In this document: positions 10,915 to 19,163 of the stretch, piece after piece
Numbering within the stretch: the first letter of the stretch is position 1
Layout of the letters: each line of letters begins with the position of its first letter
NCBI GenBank assembly: GCA_026419705.1
Contig: JANZYY010000001.1
Location: 1 to 36,894, forward strand
DNA from: Fischerella sp.
Lineage (GTDB): Bacteria > Cyanobacteriota > Cyanobacteriia > Cyanobacteriales > Nostocaceae
Direction: 5' to 3'
DNA: 36,894 nt
Notes under the pieces: generated by a model
Told to the model about the DNA's origin: nothing
Databases searched by the model: none
The model's input: the letters and a program-made list of their open reading frames with translations, nothing else
Made by a program: the position numbers and the translations under genes

Positions 10915-11933
10915 AGACACATCCTTATCAAGATCTACTCTTTGTCTATGCAACTTAGAAATCCAAGCACCAAAATCTTTAAAATATGTTTTCTCTCCTG
11001 CTTCTGAAGTTTTTATTATTGAATAGTGCCATTGAATCTGAGAAAGATTTTTTGTTACTCTAGCGCAGGCATTCAACACAGCTAATAATGCTTCTTCGGC
11101 GTTACATGCCTGTCGATATTCTTTGTTAAAATTAGGTAACTTTAATTCTTCCATCGGCATTCCATCACACAGCATGAAACTAATTAAGTTGCATAACACC
11201 TGCTGCCATTAACCGACTTGAGATTGATCCTGTAACCGCATTTCATCGATTACAAAGTTAAACAGATACTCATTCATTGCGGTTGAACCACACACAATTG
11301 CCCAGTTTTTCAAAGCCTCTTTCTCATTCCAACTAATATAGCGATTATTTTTGCTAACTTCCTGCATTTCATACAGACGCTTTAATTCCCACACAATGTG
11401 TCTTGCTGTCAGATATTCACCAAAGCTCTTGTGAGTAAATTCAAAAGTTTATTTCCGTTCTCTCAAGCCCGTTTGTCGAAAATAAAAAGCCGTTAAAAGC
11501 TGAGTAATTCCAGCTTTTTTATCTTGCTTGAGAATCTTTAATACACGTTACAAAATATCGCTGTCACAATGCTTTTCAATTTCTATAACTGTTGTTGTCC
11601 TTCCATCTCCTCCATGCCATGCAGCAACAGCAATTGCTTCTAGGATGCGAATAAAATCTTCTTCCTCAATTCCCTTAAGGCCAAACTTACCATTGCCTGT
11701 ATCAAAGAGCGATAAATTAGTACCCGGGCAATTTCTTCGGGTGTTTCTGCCAAACCCACTGATGCTGCAACATCTACAAAATCGCTGGCGACGCTATCCC
11801 ATTTACCAAGAACACCATCTATGGCTGCTTTACCGAGTGATTTGAAGAGTTCCTGAAAATCTGCCTTTATAGATTTATACTTATTCCACACTGCCACAGG
11901 CTTACTAACTGAAAATCCCGAACCGCTGTTCAT
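10915..11933 (-). pseudogene. NACHT-type NTPase gene remnant (family usually ending in pentapeptide repeats)
   Basis: N-terminal domain (KPVAVWNK..KADFQELFKSLGKAAID) joined out of frame near 11680 to FIRILEAIAVAAWHGDGRTT, AFYFRQ, FEFTHKSFGEYL and NAEEALLAVLNACAR. Three in-frame stops, no Walker motifs; unites ORFs 11640-11933, 11209-11394 and 10855-11199. Confidence 0.85.
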
Positions 11934-12109
11934 ATAGGTATGCTGCTAAAAATACTTAGCTTAATTTTTATCTATTTAAACAACTGTTTATAGATAATTC
12001 TCTGAAAGTAGCACTTGTCAGTGCAGCTGTGATGTCTAGTATGGAATCATCGCGTGCATCTGATTAAGTCACAAGCTGCACATGCTGACGAAGAGGAATT
12101 GCGATCGCT

Positions 12110-12256
12110 CTCAAAACTCCAACATTCTCAGTTGAAACGAGAAACGTCTCACCTGAAAAAACAAAATTTAAGCCTTGAACAAGAAACGTCAAGCTTCATA
12201 CTTGAAACTTCCAACTCAAAGCCCTAAATTTTTACTTGAAAACCTGAAGCGCCGAG
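12110..12256. repeat. Degenerate 21-bp tandem repeat, 7 units
   Basis: ctcaaaactccaacattctca / gttgaaacgagaaacgtctca / cctgaaaaaacaaaatttaag / ccttgaacaagaaacgtcaag / cttcatacttgaaacttccaa / ctcaaagccctaaatttttac / ttgaaaacctgaagcgccgag. Confidence 0.65.
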
Positions 12257-12477
12257 ATAATTTCTACACCTTCGGAAAGCTGGGACTGCACCTTGCCAGT
12301 TTTCTTATTACAATATTACATAAATTCATAGCGAAATTTTAGCACCAAAACTCTGCGCCCCTGGTGCGTTCTCCTTTGCGAGCCTCTGCGTTTTAATTCC
12401 CTACCAAAGCTGTACTTAGCAAACCGCCTTTCCATGTCATCTGCGTGCAGGAGGTAGTATCTTGTTATTCTAATAAA

Positions 12478-13308
12478 ATGATGTCAAATCAAACTCACTT
12501 ACTGCGACTTTCCCAAGGACAACTTAATCTCCTAGAACGTTGTCCGCGTCAGTTCCAACACTCTTACTTGGAACAACTTTATTCTCCTGCCGGTATAGAA
12601 CGCGAAGAACATCAGACTTTGGGGAGTCGCTTTCACCTGCTGATGCAGCAGCGAGAAATGGGTTTGCCAATTGATAGTTTTCTACAAGCCGATGCGCAAC
12701 TGCGAAGTTGGATGACAGCTTTTGCCAGCGTAGCACCAGAAATTTTAACGCCTGCGACTGACGACCAAACTTTCCGAGAAAGCGAACACTATCGCACGTT
12801 GCCAGTACAAAATTATTTACTCACAGTTGTCTACGATTTATTGATTGCAGATCCCCAGCAAGCACAAATTCTTGACTGGAAGACTTATGCCAAACTGCCT
12901 AATAAACGCAAGTTAGAACAAAATTGGCAGACACGCCTTTATACGTACGTATTAGCTGAAACCAGCGATTATCTGCCAGAAAATATTTCAATGACCTACT
13001 GGTTTGTCCAGTCTGAAGGTAAACCACAAAGTATAAAATTTAGCTACAACACCGTCCAGCATGAGAAAACGGCTAAAAAACTCACACAACTGTTAAGTAA
13101 ATTAACTCATTGGCTGGAAGATTATTATCAGGGGAAAGATTTTCCGCAAGTACCAGAAGGTAGCAAAGCTTGTGAATATTGTCAATTTGCAAAAAGATGC
13201 GATCGCCCTCAACTTAATTCTGAACAAACATCACAAGTAAAATCTGCTTCACAACCAGTGGACACTAACTTACTGAATCTCGCTACGATCCAAGAGGTAT
13301 CCCTATGA
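12478..13308 (+). CDS. PD-(D/E)XK nuclease family protein (AddB/Cas4-like, predicted Fe-S)
   Basis: ERCPRQF, GSRFH, YDLL...ILDWKT, QTRLY, C-terminal CEYCQFAKRC; start ATG at 12478 or 12481. Confidence 0.9.
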   Translation: MMSNQTHLLRLSQGQLNLLERCPRQFQHSYLEQLYSPAGIEREEHQTLGSRFHLLMQQREMGLPIDSFLQADAQLRSWMTAFASVAPEILTPATDDQTFRESEHYRTLPVQNYLLTVVYDLLIADPQQAQILDWKTYAKLPNKRKLEQNWQTRLYTYVLAETSDYLPENISMTYWFVQSEGKPQSIKFSYNTVQHEKTAKKLTQLLSKLTHWLEDYYQGKDFPQVPEGSKACEYCQFAKRCDRPQLNSEQTSQVKSASQPVDTNLLNLATIQEVSL

Positions 13309-13312
13309 AGGA

Positions 13313-13523
13313 ATTTGTTGGTGGTTGGTAGTTGTTTGTTAATGGTTATTCCATAGACGCGCTAGCGGTGAGACAGCCTGGTCTTGGGGGTTCTCCTTCA
13401 TGTAGACCCCCGCAGGGTGCGACTGCGTAGACGCGCACGGCGCGGCTTCTCGTAGAGTAGGGCTGAAGGCAGGGTATAACAAACAACAAACAACAAACAA
13501 CAAACAACAAATAACAAACAACA
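13313..13523. repeat. Inverted STRR tracts enclosing a nested cluster of small dispersed repeats
   Basis: GTTGTTT-type tract, then a GC-rich composite at 13354-13476 (tagacgcgctagcgg...tagacgcgcacggcgcggcttctcgtagagta...gcagggta), then an AAACAAC tandem tract. Confidence 0.85.
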
Positions 13524-13533
13524 ATATTATTGT

Positions 13534-14169
13534 ATGCATTCAGAAGAATTTGATGCGGTTTATGTCCGCGAATTAGGAATTGACGACATAGCCCCTGTTT
13601 ATCATTTGGGAGAAGAATTATTTACCAGCGATTTGTATCCCTATCTATATCGTTGCTGGGATGAGTGGGAAGTGATCGGACTTTACAACACCGATCCAGA
13701 ATACTGTCTTGTTGCCGAAATTGAAGGGGAACTAGCAGGATTTGTTTTAGGAACTATTATCACAAAGGCATCCTGGACTTATGGATATATTCTCTGGTTA
13801 GGAGTCAGTCCAAAATTTCAACGACGTGGTGTGGGAGATAAACTAGTCGATACTGTTATTGCCCGCATGATCGAAGATGGGGCTAGATTTATGTTGGTAG
13901 ACACCGATCCAGAAAATGTGCCAGCGGTGAAGTTTTTTCGCCGCAAAGGATTTGGTAATAGCCGCCAACATGTTTTCTTGTCGATGAATTTAAGCAAGCA
14001 TGAATATTATGGCAGACTAATTGATTATGAACGTCAAAAAGCCGAAAGAGCGGGTTATAGGAAATCATCGCGTCCTATCCGCACTCGCAAAGCTGAAGCT
14101 ATTACTAATGAAGTTGCCCTGAATGTTCTCATGAGCGAATCTCAACACCAAGAAGATTCTCCTGTTTAA
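13534..14169 (+). CDS. GNAT family N-acetyltransferase
   Basis: LGVSPKFQRRGVG acetyl-CoA motif A; NVPAVKFFRRKGF motif B. Confidence 0.92.
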   Translation: MHSEEFDAVYVRELGIDDIAPVYHLGEELFTSDLYPYLYRCWDEWEVIGLYNTDPEYCLVAEIEGELAGFVLGTIITKASWTYGYILWLGVSPKFQRRGVGDKLVDTVIARMIEDGARFMLVDTDPENVPAVKFFRRKGFGNSRQHVFLSMNLSKHEYYGRLIDYERQKAERAGYRKSSRPIRTRKAEAITNEVALNVLMSESQHQEDSPV

Positions 14170-14174
14170 ATCAT

Positions 14175-16541
14175 ATGCCTAAACAGCAGTGGATTTTGAC
14201 CTCAACTGAACAACCACCTGCATGGTTTCTGCAAGCTGTCAAGCAATACGTACCCCCATCCAGCGGACAGTATGCAGCGCAGTTACTATGGCAACGAGGT
14301 ATCAGGGAAATCCCACAGCTTGCAGCTTTCCTGAACTTCAAAGCCTACCAACCAGCGAGTCCATTTGAATTTGGACAAGAAATGCAACTGGCAGTAGAAC
14401 GGTTGCAAAGAGCCTGGAAAGCAGGTGAAAAAATCACCATTTGGGGGGATTTCGATGCTGACGGTATCACTTCCACTGCTGTATTGTGGGATGGCTTGGG
14501 ACAGTTCTTTCTCCAACATACGCAGTTAATTTACTATATTCCCAATCGACTGACGGAATCTCACGGGCTTAATTGTCCTGGCATTGATCGCTTACGAGAG
14601 CAAGGCTGTAAGTTAATCGTGACTTGCGATACCGGTAGTACTAATGTTAGTGAAATTACGTATGCAAAACAGCAAGGTATCGATGTAATTGTTACCGATC
14701 ACCACACCTTACCAGTAGAGCGTCCGCCCGCAACAGCCATCATCAATCCTCGCTATTTGCCCAGTGACCATCAATTGTTGCATCTTTCCGGCGTCGGGGT
14801 GGCTTACAAGTTGGTGGAGGCTATGTATCAAGTGTTACCTGGCATCCCGCAACAACCTCTCGAACATTTATGGGACTTAGTAGCAGTAGGTCTAATTGCC
14901 GATCTAGTAGAGTTGAGCGGAGATTGCCGTTATTTGGCACAGGTGGGAATTGGGCAATTGCAAGAAGATTTTCAAAAATCTCCGGCTCAACGACGGCGTC
15001 CGGGAGTAGGGCGACTGTTAGAGTTGTGCCAGAAAAGTGGCGATCGCCCTACAGATATTTCCTTTGGTCTCGGTCCCCGCATTAATGCTGTTAGCCGCAT
15101 TCAAGGAGATGCCAGTTTCTGCGTAGAATTACTGACTAGTCGCGACCACAAGCGCGCCAATCAGTTAGCAGAGGCAACAGAATTAGCAAACTCCCGCCGC
15201 AAATCTTTACAAAGAGAAGTTGCCCAGCAAGTAAACCAAAAACTCAGCCAAATAGACTTATCCACCACCAGCGTCATCGTCTTGTCAGACCCCCAATGGG
15301 CTGTCGGCGTTCTGGGCTTAGTCGCAGGGCAAGTAGCGCAGGAGACAGCAAGACCGACGATTTTGTTGAGTACGGAGGAGAGCGGGGGAGCGGAAGAATG
15401 GGAGAGTGGGAGAACTTCCCCCCCTCCTCTTCTCGCGCGTGGTTCTGCCCGTTCCGTCAACTCGATTGATTTATACCAACTAGTGAAAAACCAAGCCCAT
15501 CTGTTGCATAGTTTTGGTGGACATCCTTATGCAGCAGGTTTGAGTTTACCTGTAGAGAATATTCCTTTGTTCACACAGGCAATTAACCAACAGTTACGAC
15601 AAACTTTGGGGGATGCAACTCCAGCACCAACAGTGCAGGCAGACTTGACAGTCACAGTAGCAGATTTAGGGAGAGAGTTATTTTTGGAACTGAAACTCTT
15701 GGAACCCTGCGGTATGGGCAATCCTGTACCGAAATTACTAATTCAAAACTGCTGGTTTGAAAATGCTCGGCATCGCAATCAACAAGACTGGCAGGGGAAA
15801 AAGATACAGTACATCAAAACCGAGTTTGATATTCGAGATGATTCTACAAAAAGTTCTTTCCCTGGTGTGTGGTGGGGACATTATAAGGATGAATTGCCAT
15901 TGGGACGATGTGATTGCATCGTAGAGTTAGACTACAACACCTTTAAAAAACGCTACGAAATTCGATTAATTGCCGTACGTTCCAGTGAAACATCTACACA
16001 ATTCACTCACCACTCAGTCTTAATTTTGGACTGGCGCAATGTCGCAGACGCACCATGGCACGTCTCTACATCTGTTCCACTCCTTTTAAAAGAATGCCCT
16101 ACTAGTTGGGATGATTTACGAGCCTGGTTGCGGCGATCGCTTTACAATCAACAACCATTGGCGATCGCATGGTCCAAACCCAAACACAAACCCCCAGAGG
16201 AAATATGGCTCACACTCGTAGGAATTGCCAAATATCTCAGCCGTACTCATCAAGTAGCCACTCGCAGCCAATTTTTACAGAAACTCGGCATCAGTGACCA
16301 AAGTTTGCATTTAGGATTCAAAGCTCTCAAATCTCTGGGTTTTATTGTCCGGGAACAAGACCGTAATTTGTACATCAACCAGCAGCCAAACCCTGAATCA
16401 ACACTCGCAGAGACTACCATAGCCAAGTTTCTAGCCGCTGTCCGCGAAGAACAATTTCAGCGCGAGTATTTCGCTGAAGTACCTCTATCAACCATTCAAG
16501 CGATCGCATCTCAAATAGCTTTAAATTTAGTTAGTGGTTAG
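14175..16541 (+). CDS. recJ: Single-stranded-DNA-specific exonuclease RecJ
   Basis: GDFDADG, TCDTG, TDHH, LSGVGVA, IADLV, GPRINA, RGSARS, GGHPYAAG, LEPCGMGNP. Confidence 0.95.
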   Translation: MPKQQWILTSTEQPPAWFLQAVKQYVPPSSGQYAAQLLWQRGIREIPQLAAFLNFKAYQPASPFEFGQEMQLAVERLQRAWKAGEKITIWGDFDADGITSTAVLWDGLGQFFLQHTQLIYYIPNRLTESHGLNCPGIDRLREQGCKLIVTCDTGSTNVSEITYAKQQGIDVIVTDHHTLPVERPPATAIINPRYLPSDHQLLHLSGVGVAYKLVEAMYQVLPGIPQQPLEHLWDLVAVGLIADLVELSGDCRYLAQVGIGQLQEDFQKSPAQRRRPGVGRLLELCQKSGDRPTDISFGLGPRINAVSRIQGDASFCVELLTSRDHKRANQLAEATELANSRRKSLQREVAQQVNQKLSQIDLSTTSVIVLSDPQWAVGVLGLVAGQVAQETARPTILLSTEESGGAEEWESGRTSPPPLLARGSARSVNSIDLYQLVKNQAHLLHSFGGHPYAAGLSLPVENIPLFTQAINQQLRQTLGDATPAPTVQADLTVTVADLGRELFLELKLLEPCGMGNPVPKLLIQNCWFENARHRNQQDWQGKKIQYIKTEFDIRDDSTKSSFPGVWWGHYKDELPLGRCDCIVELDYNTFKKRYEIRLIAVRSSETSTQFTHHSVLILDWRNVADAPWHVSTSVPLLLKECPTSWDDLRAWLRRSLYNQQPLAIAWSKPKHKPPEEIWLTLVGIAKYLSRTHQVATRSQFLQKLGISDQSLHLGFKALKSLGFIVREQDRNLYINQQPNPESTLAETTIAKFLAAVREEQFQREYFAEVPLSTIQAIASQIALNLVSG

Positions 16542-16553
16542 TGGTTAGTAGTT

Positions 16554-16582
16554 GTACCAGACGTGCCCTGGCACGTCTGTAC
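16554..16582. repeat. AGACGTGCC..GGCACGTCT palindromic dispersed repeat within an STRR tract
   Basis: cagacgtgcc-ct-ggcacgtctg flanked by gtggtta repeats; a degenerate copy lies inside recJ at 16041-16070. Confidence 0.8.
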
Positions 16583-16624
16583 GGTGGTTAGTGGTTAGCG
16601 GGAACATAGAGCAAAGATAATCGT

Positions 16625-17386
16625 TTAATCCCAATTCACTTCGGCCCGATTCCCAATGCCCAATGCCCAATACCCAATTCCCCTATCTCCCCACCTCAAA
16701 TTCCCCTGTCGCTCACATTTAAAACCGCGACGCTGCCAAGCTTCCATATTCACATCTGTCAGTTTTATGACTTGCGAGCATTGTGGCTGAATTATCTGGC
16801 TTAACCCTGCCCAAATTAAGCTGCGCGTTACATCAAGTCCAGTCTTTAGCCAAGACTCGCGATTACCGGGAATACCTTGTTCTTGTACAGTTTCTGTTTC
16901 TACCCAAATGCCATGTGCGCCCAAAAGAATCTGCGCTAACCACTTTGCTCTTGGTAGGTGTGTAGGAGAAGTAACCAGCATGACTTTATTCACATGCCAG
17001 CGGTGCAGAATAGGGATAGCATAGTAAAAGTTATCAAAAGTTGAACGGGCACACTTCTCTAACCAAACATTTCTCATGGAAGCTGCTTCTGTTTTGAAAA
17101 TTATCCAAATACAGGGATCTGCAGAACCTTGAGAAATTAAAATTGGGATTGACGGAGATTGTTTTGTTAACTTAGCTATATATATTTCCCGCTGAATACT
17201 GCCACCAAGTACAAAAAATGCATCTACTGGTTTAGAGGATACTGAAACTAAAGTTATTGTTATGGATACAAGCCAGAGGCTAATAATAAGCACAAGTCCT
17301 ATTGCGAATTTTTGTAAAAATTTTGACTTTTTACCGAATAATTTTGTAGAGAAAAGACTTCTAACAGTTTTAACTTTACGGTTCAT
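16625..17386 (-). CDS. YdcF / DUF218 family protein
   Basis: N-terminal TM, VLGG, ISQG, EKCARSTFDN, LVTSPTHLPRA, RESWLK. Confidence 0.9.
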   Translation of the reverse strand: MNRKVKTVRSLFSTKLFGKKSKFLQKFAIGLVLIISLWLVSITITLVSVSSKPVDAFFVLGGSIQREIYIAKLTKQSPSIPILISQGSADPCIWIIFKTEAASMRNVWLEKCARSTFDNFYYAIPILHRWHVNKVMLVTSPTHLPRAKWLAQILLGAHGIWVETETVQEQGIPGNRESWLKTGLDVTRSLIWAGLSQIIQPQCSQVIKLTDVNMEAWQRRGFKCERQGNLRWGDRGIGYWALGIGNRAEVNWD

Positions 17387-17481
17387 GCTTTTTTTATATA
17401 AAATTTAAATCGCTTAAGTTTTTTAATCTTTAGAATTAATTAACCCAGCAATAATTAGGATTAGGTAATAACAAGTGCAAT

Positions 17482-17505
17482 TGTGACACTGATGAAAGTG
17501 TCACA
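17482..17505. promoter_or_regulatory. Perfect 9-bp inverted repeat in a divergent promoter region
   Basis: TGTGACACT-gatgaa-AGTGTCACA between the YdcF gene and ctpB. Confidence 0.45.
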
Positions 17506-17693
17506 CCAATATAGTAAGCTAACTGAGCAAGTTGACTAATGCGGGAAAAGTCCTTAAGAGATAATCCTGTATTTTCAGGAAAACTTAAAGGATAAAAGGA
17601 TGAAGAAAGTATAGTCTAACAGGATAACTATAAATTTCTGGAAAGCTCTGATTGCTAAACTGTCAACAACACAACACATTCCAGCTAATATAC

Positions 17694-19034
17694 ATGAAAC
17701 AATCAGCAAAACGTTACTCGCAAGTGCAAGTAGCTTTGATTGGAGGAGCGATCGCCACCACAGCTACACTGTCTGTGTTTGGGCCAGGTTGGTGTCGTTC
17801 TGTACGGGCAGCACTACAAGATAGCCCAAAACAAGTAGTTGACCAAGTCTGGCAACTAGTAAATCGTGAATATGTAGATGGCTCTTTCAACCGCCAAAAT
17901 TGGCAAGCTATTAGACTGAGCCTGTTGAGCAAAAATTATTCTTCCCGTGAAGAAGCTTACGCCGCTATCCGCGAAGCCTTACAAAAGCTAGGAGATCCAT
18001 ATACTCGATTCATGGATCCCAAACAGTTTGAAGCCTTAACCAGCCAAACATCCGGGGAGGTCTCTGGGATTGGCATCCGGATGGAGGTGAACGAAAAAAA
18101 CAAGCGACTGGTTGTTGTAGAAGCCTTGGAAAATTCGCCAGCACTCAAAGCAGGAATCAAGCCTGGAGATGAGATTGTGGCAATTGATGGCAAACCCACC
18201 CATAAAATGAAAATCGAAGATGCTTCCAAGTTGATTCGCGGTCGGGCGGGTACAATGGTGACTTTGCGCTTAGAAAGGGATGGACGGAGTACTTTTGATC
18301 TGAAGCTGACCAGAGCCAATATTGAAGTACCGACAGTGCGTTATCAACTCAAGCAAGAAGGTAATCGCCGTATTGGTTATATTCGCTTGCGAGAATTCAG
18401 CGCTCACGCCTCAGATCAGATGCGACGAGCTATCCGCGATTTAAATGGCAAGCAAGTAAATGGCTTTGTTCTAGATTTACGTGGTAATCCCGGCGGTTTG
18501 TTGCAATCGAGTATTGAAATTGCCCGGATGTGGATGGACAATGGTTCAATTGTCCGTACGGTAGACCGCAAAGGCGGAAGCGAAGAAAGCAAAGCCAATC
18601 ACACGGCCCTTACAAATCGCCCCTTAGTGGTCTTAGTAGACAACAATTCAGCTAGCGCCAGCGAAATCCTCGCAGGTGCACTCAAGGATAATAAGCGAGC
18701 AATAGTAGTCGGTAGTCAAACCTTTGGTAAAGCCTTAGTGCAATCAGTACATGAACTCGCAGATGGTTCCGGTGTGGCAATTACCATTGCCCATTATTAT
18801 ACTCCCAAAGGAACAGACATTAACCATAAGGGAATTACACCAGATATTAAATTAGATTTGACACAAGAACAACAACGCCAATTGGCATCTAACCCAAATT
18901 TGTTGGGAACTCAAAACGACCCTCAATATATTCGTGCTTTGACAATTCTTTCCAGCAATCGCTTAGCCCAACCTTGGCAAAATCAAACCTCCCAAAAACC
19001 GACAAGCTTTGGCGCCAGTGATTTGCGATTTTAG
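17694..19034 (+). CDS. ctpB: Carboxyl-terminal processing protease (S41, PDZ), CtpB type
   Basis: DPYTRF, GIGI (PDZ), LDLRGNPGG, SASASEI, TFGKALVQ; N-terminus matches recalled CtpB-type sequences. Start moved to ATG MKQSAK. Confidence 0.88.
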   Translation: MKQSAKRYSQVQVALIGGAIATTATLSVFGPGWCRSVRAALQDSPKQVVDQVWQLVNREYVDGSFNRQNWQAIRLSLLSKNYSSREEAYAAIREALQKLGDPYTRFMDPKQFEALTSQTSGEVSGIGIRMEVNEKNKRLVVVEALENSPALKAGIKPGDEIVAIDGKPTHKMKIEDASKLIRGRAGTMVTLRLERDGRSTFDLKLTRANIEVPTVRYQLKQEGNRRIGYIRLREFSAHASDQMRRAIRDLNGKQVNGFVLDLRGNPGGLLQSSIEIARMWMDNGSIVRTVDRKGGSEESKANHTALTNRPLVVLVDNNSASASEILAGALKDNKRAIVVGSQTFGKALVQSVHELADGSGVAITIAHYYTPKGTDINHKGITPDIKLDLTQEQQRQLASNPNLLGTQNDPQYIRALTILSSNRLAQPWQNQTSQKPTSFGASDLRF

Positions 19035-19075
19035 CTTTAGTCAAAATGGGGATTTGGGAATCCTAGGAATCAGAA

Positions 19076-19160
19076 AGTTGTTTGTTGTTAGTTGTTTGTT
19101 GTTTGTAACAACCAACCATCAACAATCAACAACCAACAATTCCCCATCCAAAATCTCAAA
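19076..19160. repeat. Inverted STRR tracts (GTTGTTT / AACAATC-type)
   Basis: Hairpin-forming heptamer repeats between ctpB and the GT2 gene. Confidence 0.8.
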
Positions 19161-19163
19161 TCT

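Noticed and set aside
11528-11845. 105-aa + strand ORF
   Set aside because: Antisense shadow of the NACHT pseudogene.
12110-13308. CRISPR array with a cas4 gene
   Set aside because: The 21-bp units are contiguous and degenerate with no repeat-spacer pattern, and no cas1, cas2 or effector genes are present.
13339-13539. 66-aa ORF with a hydrophobic Cys-rich N-terminus
   Set aside because: It is the translation of (TTGTTTG)n STRR and dispersed repeats.
17652-19163. Longer N-termini for ctpB (17652) and GT2 (19092)
   Set aside because: Both use TTG starts, the GT2 extension is STRR-encoded, and downstream ATGs fit the families better.
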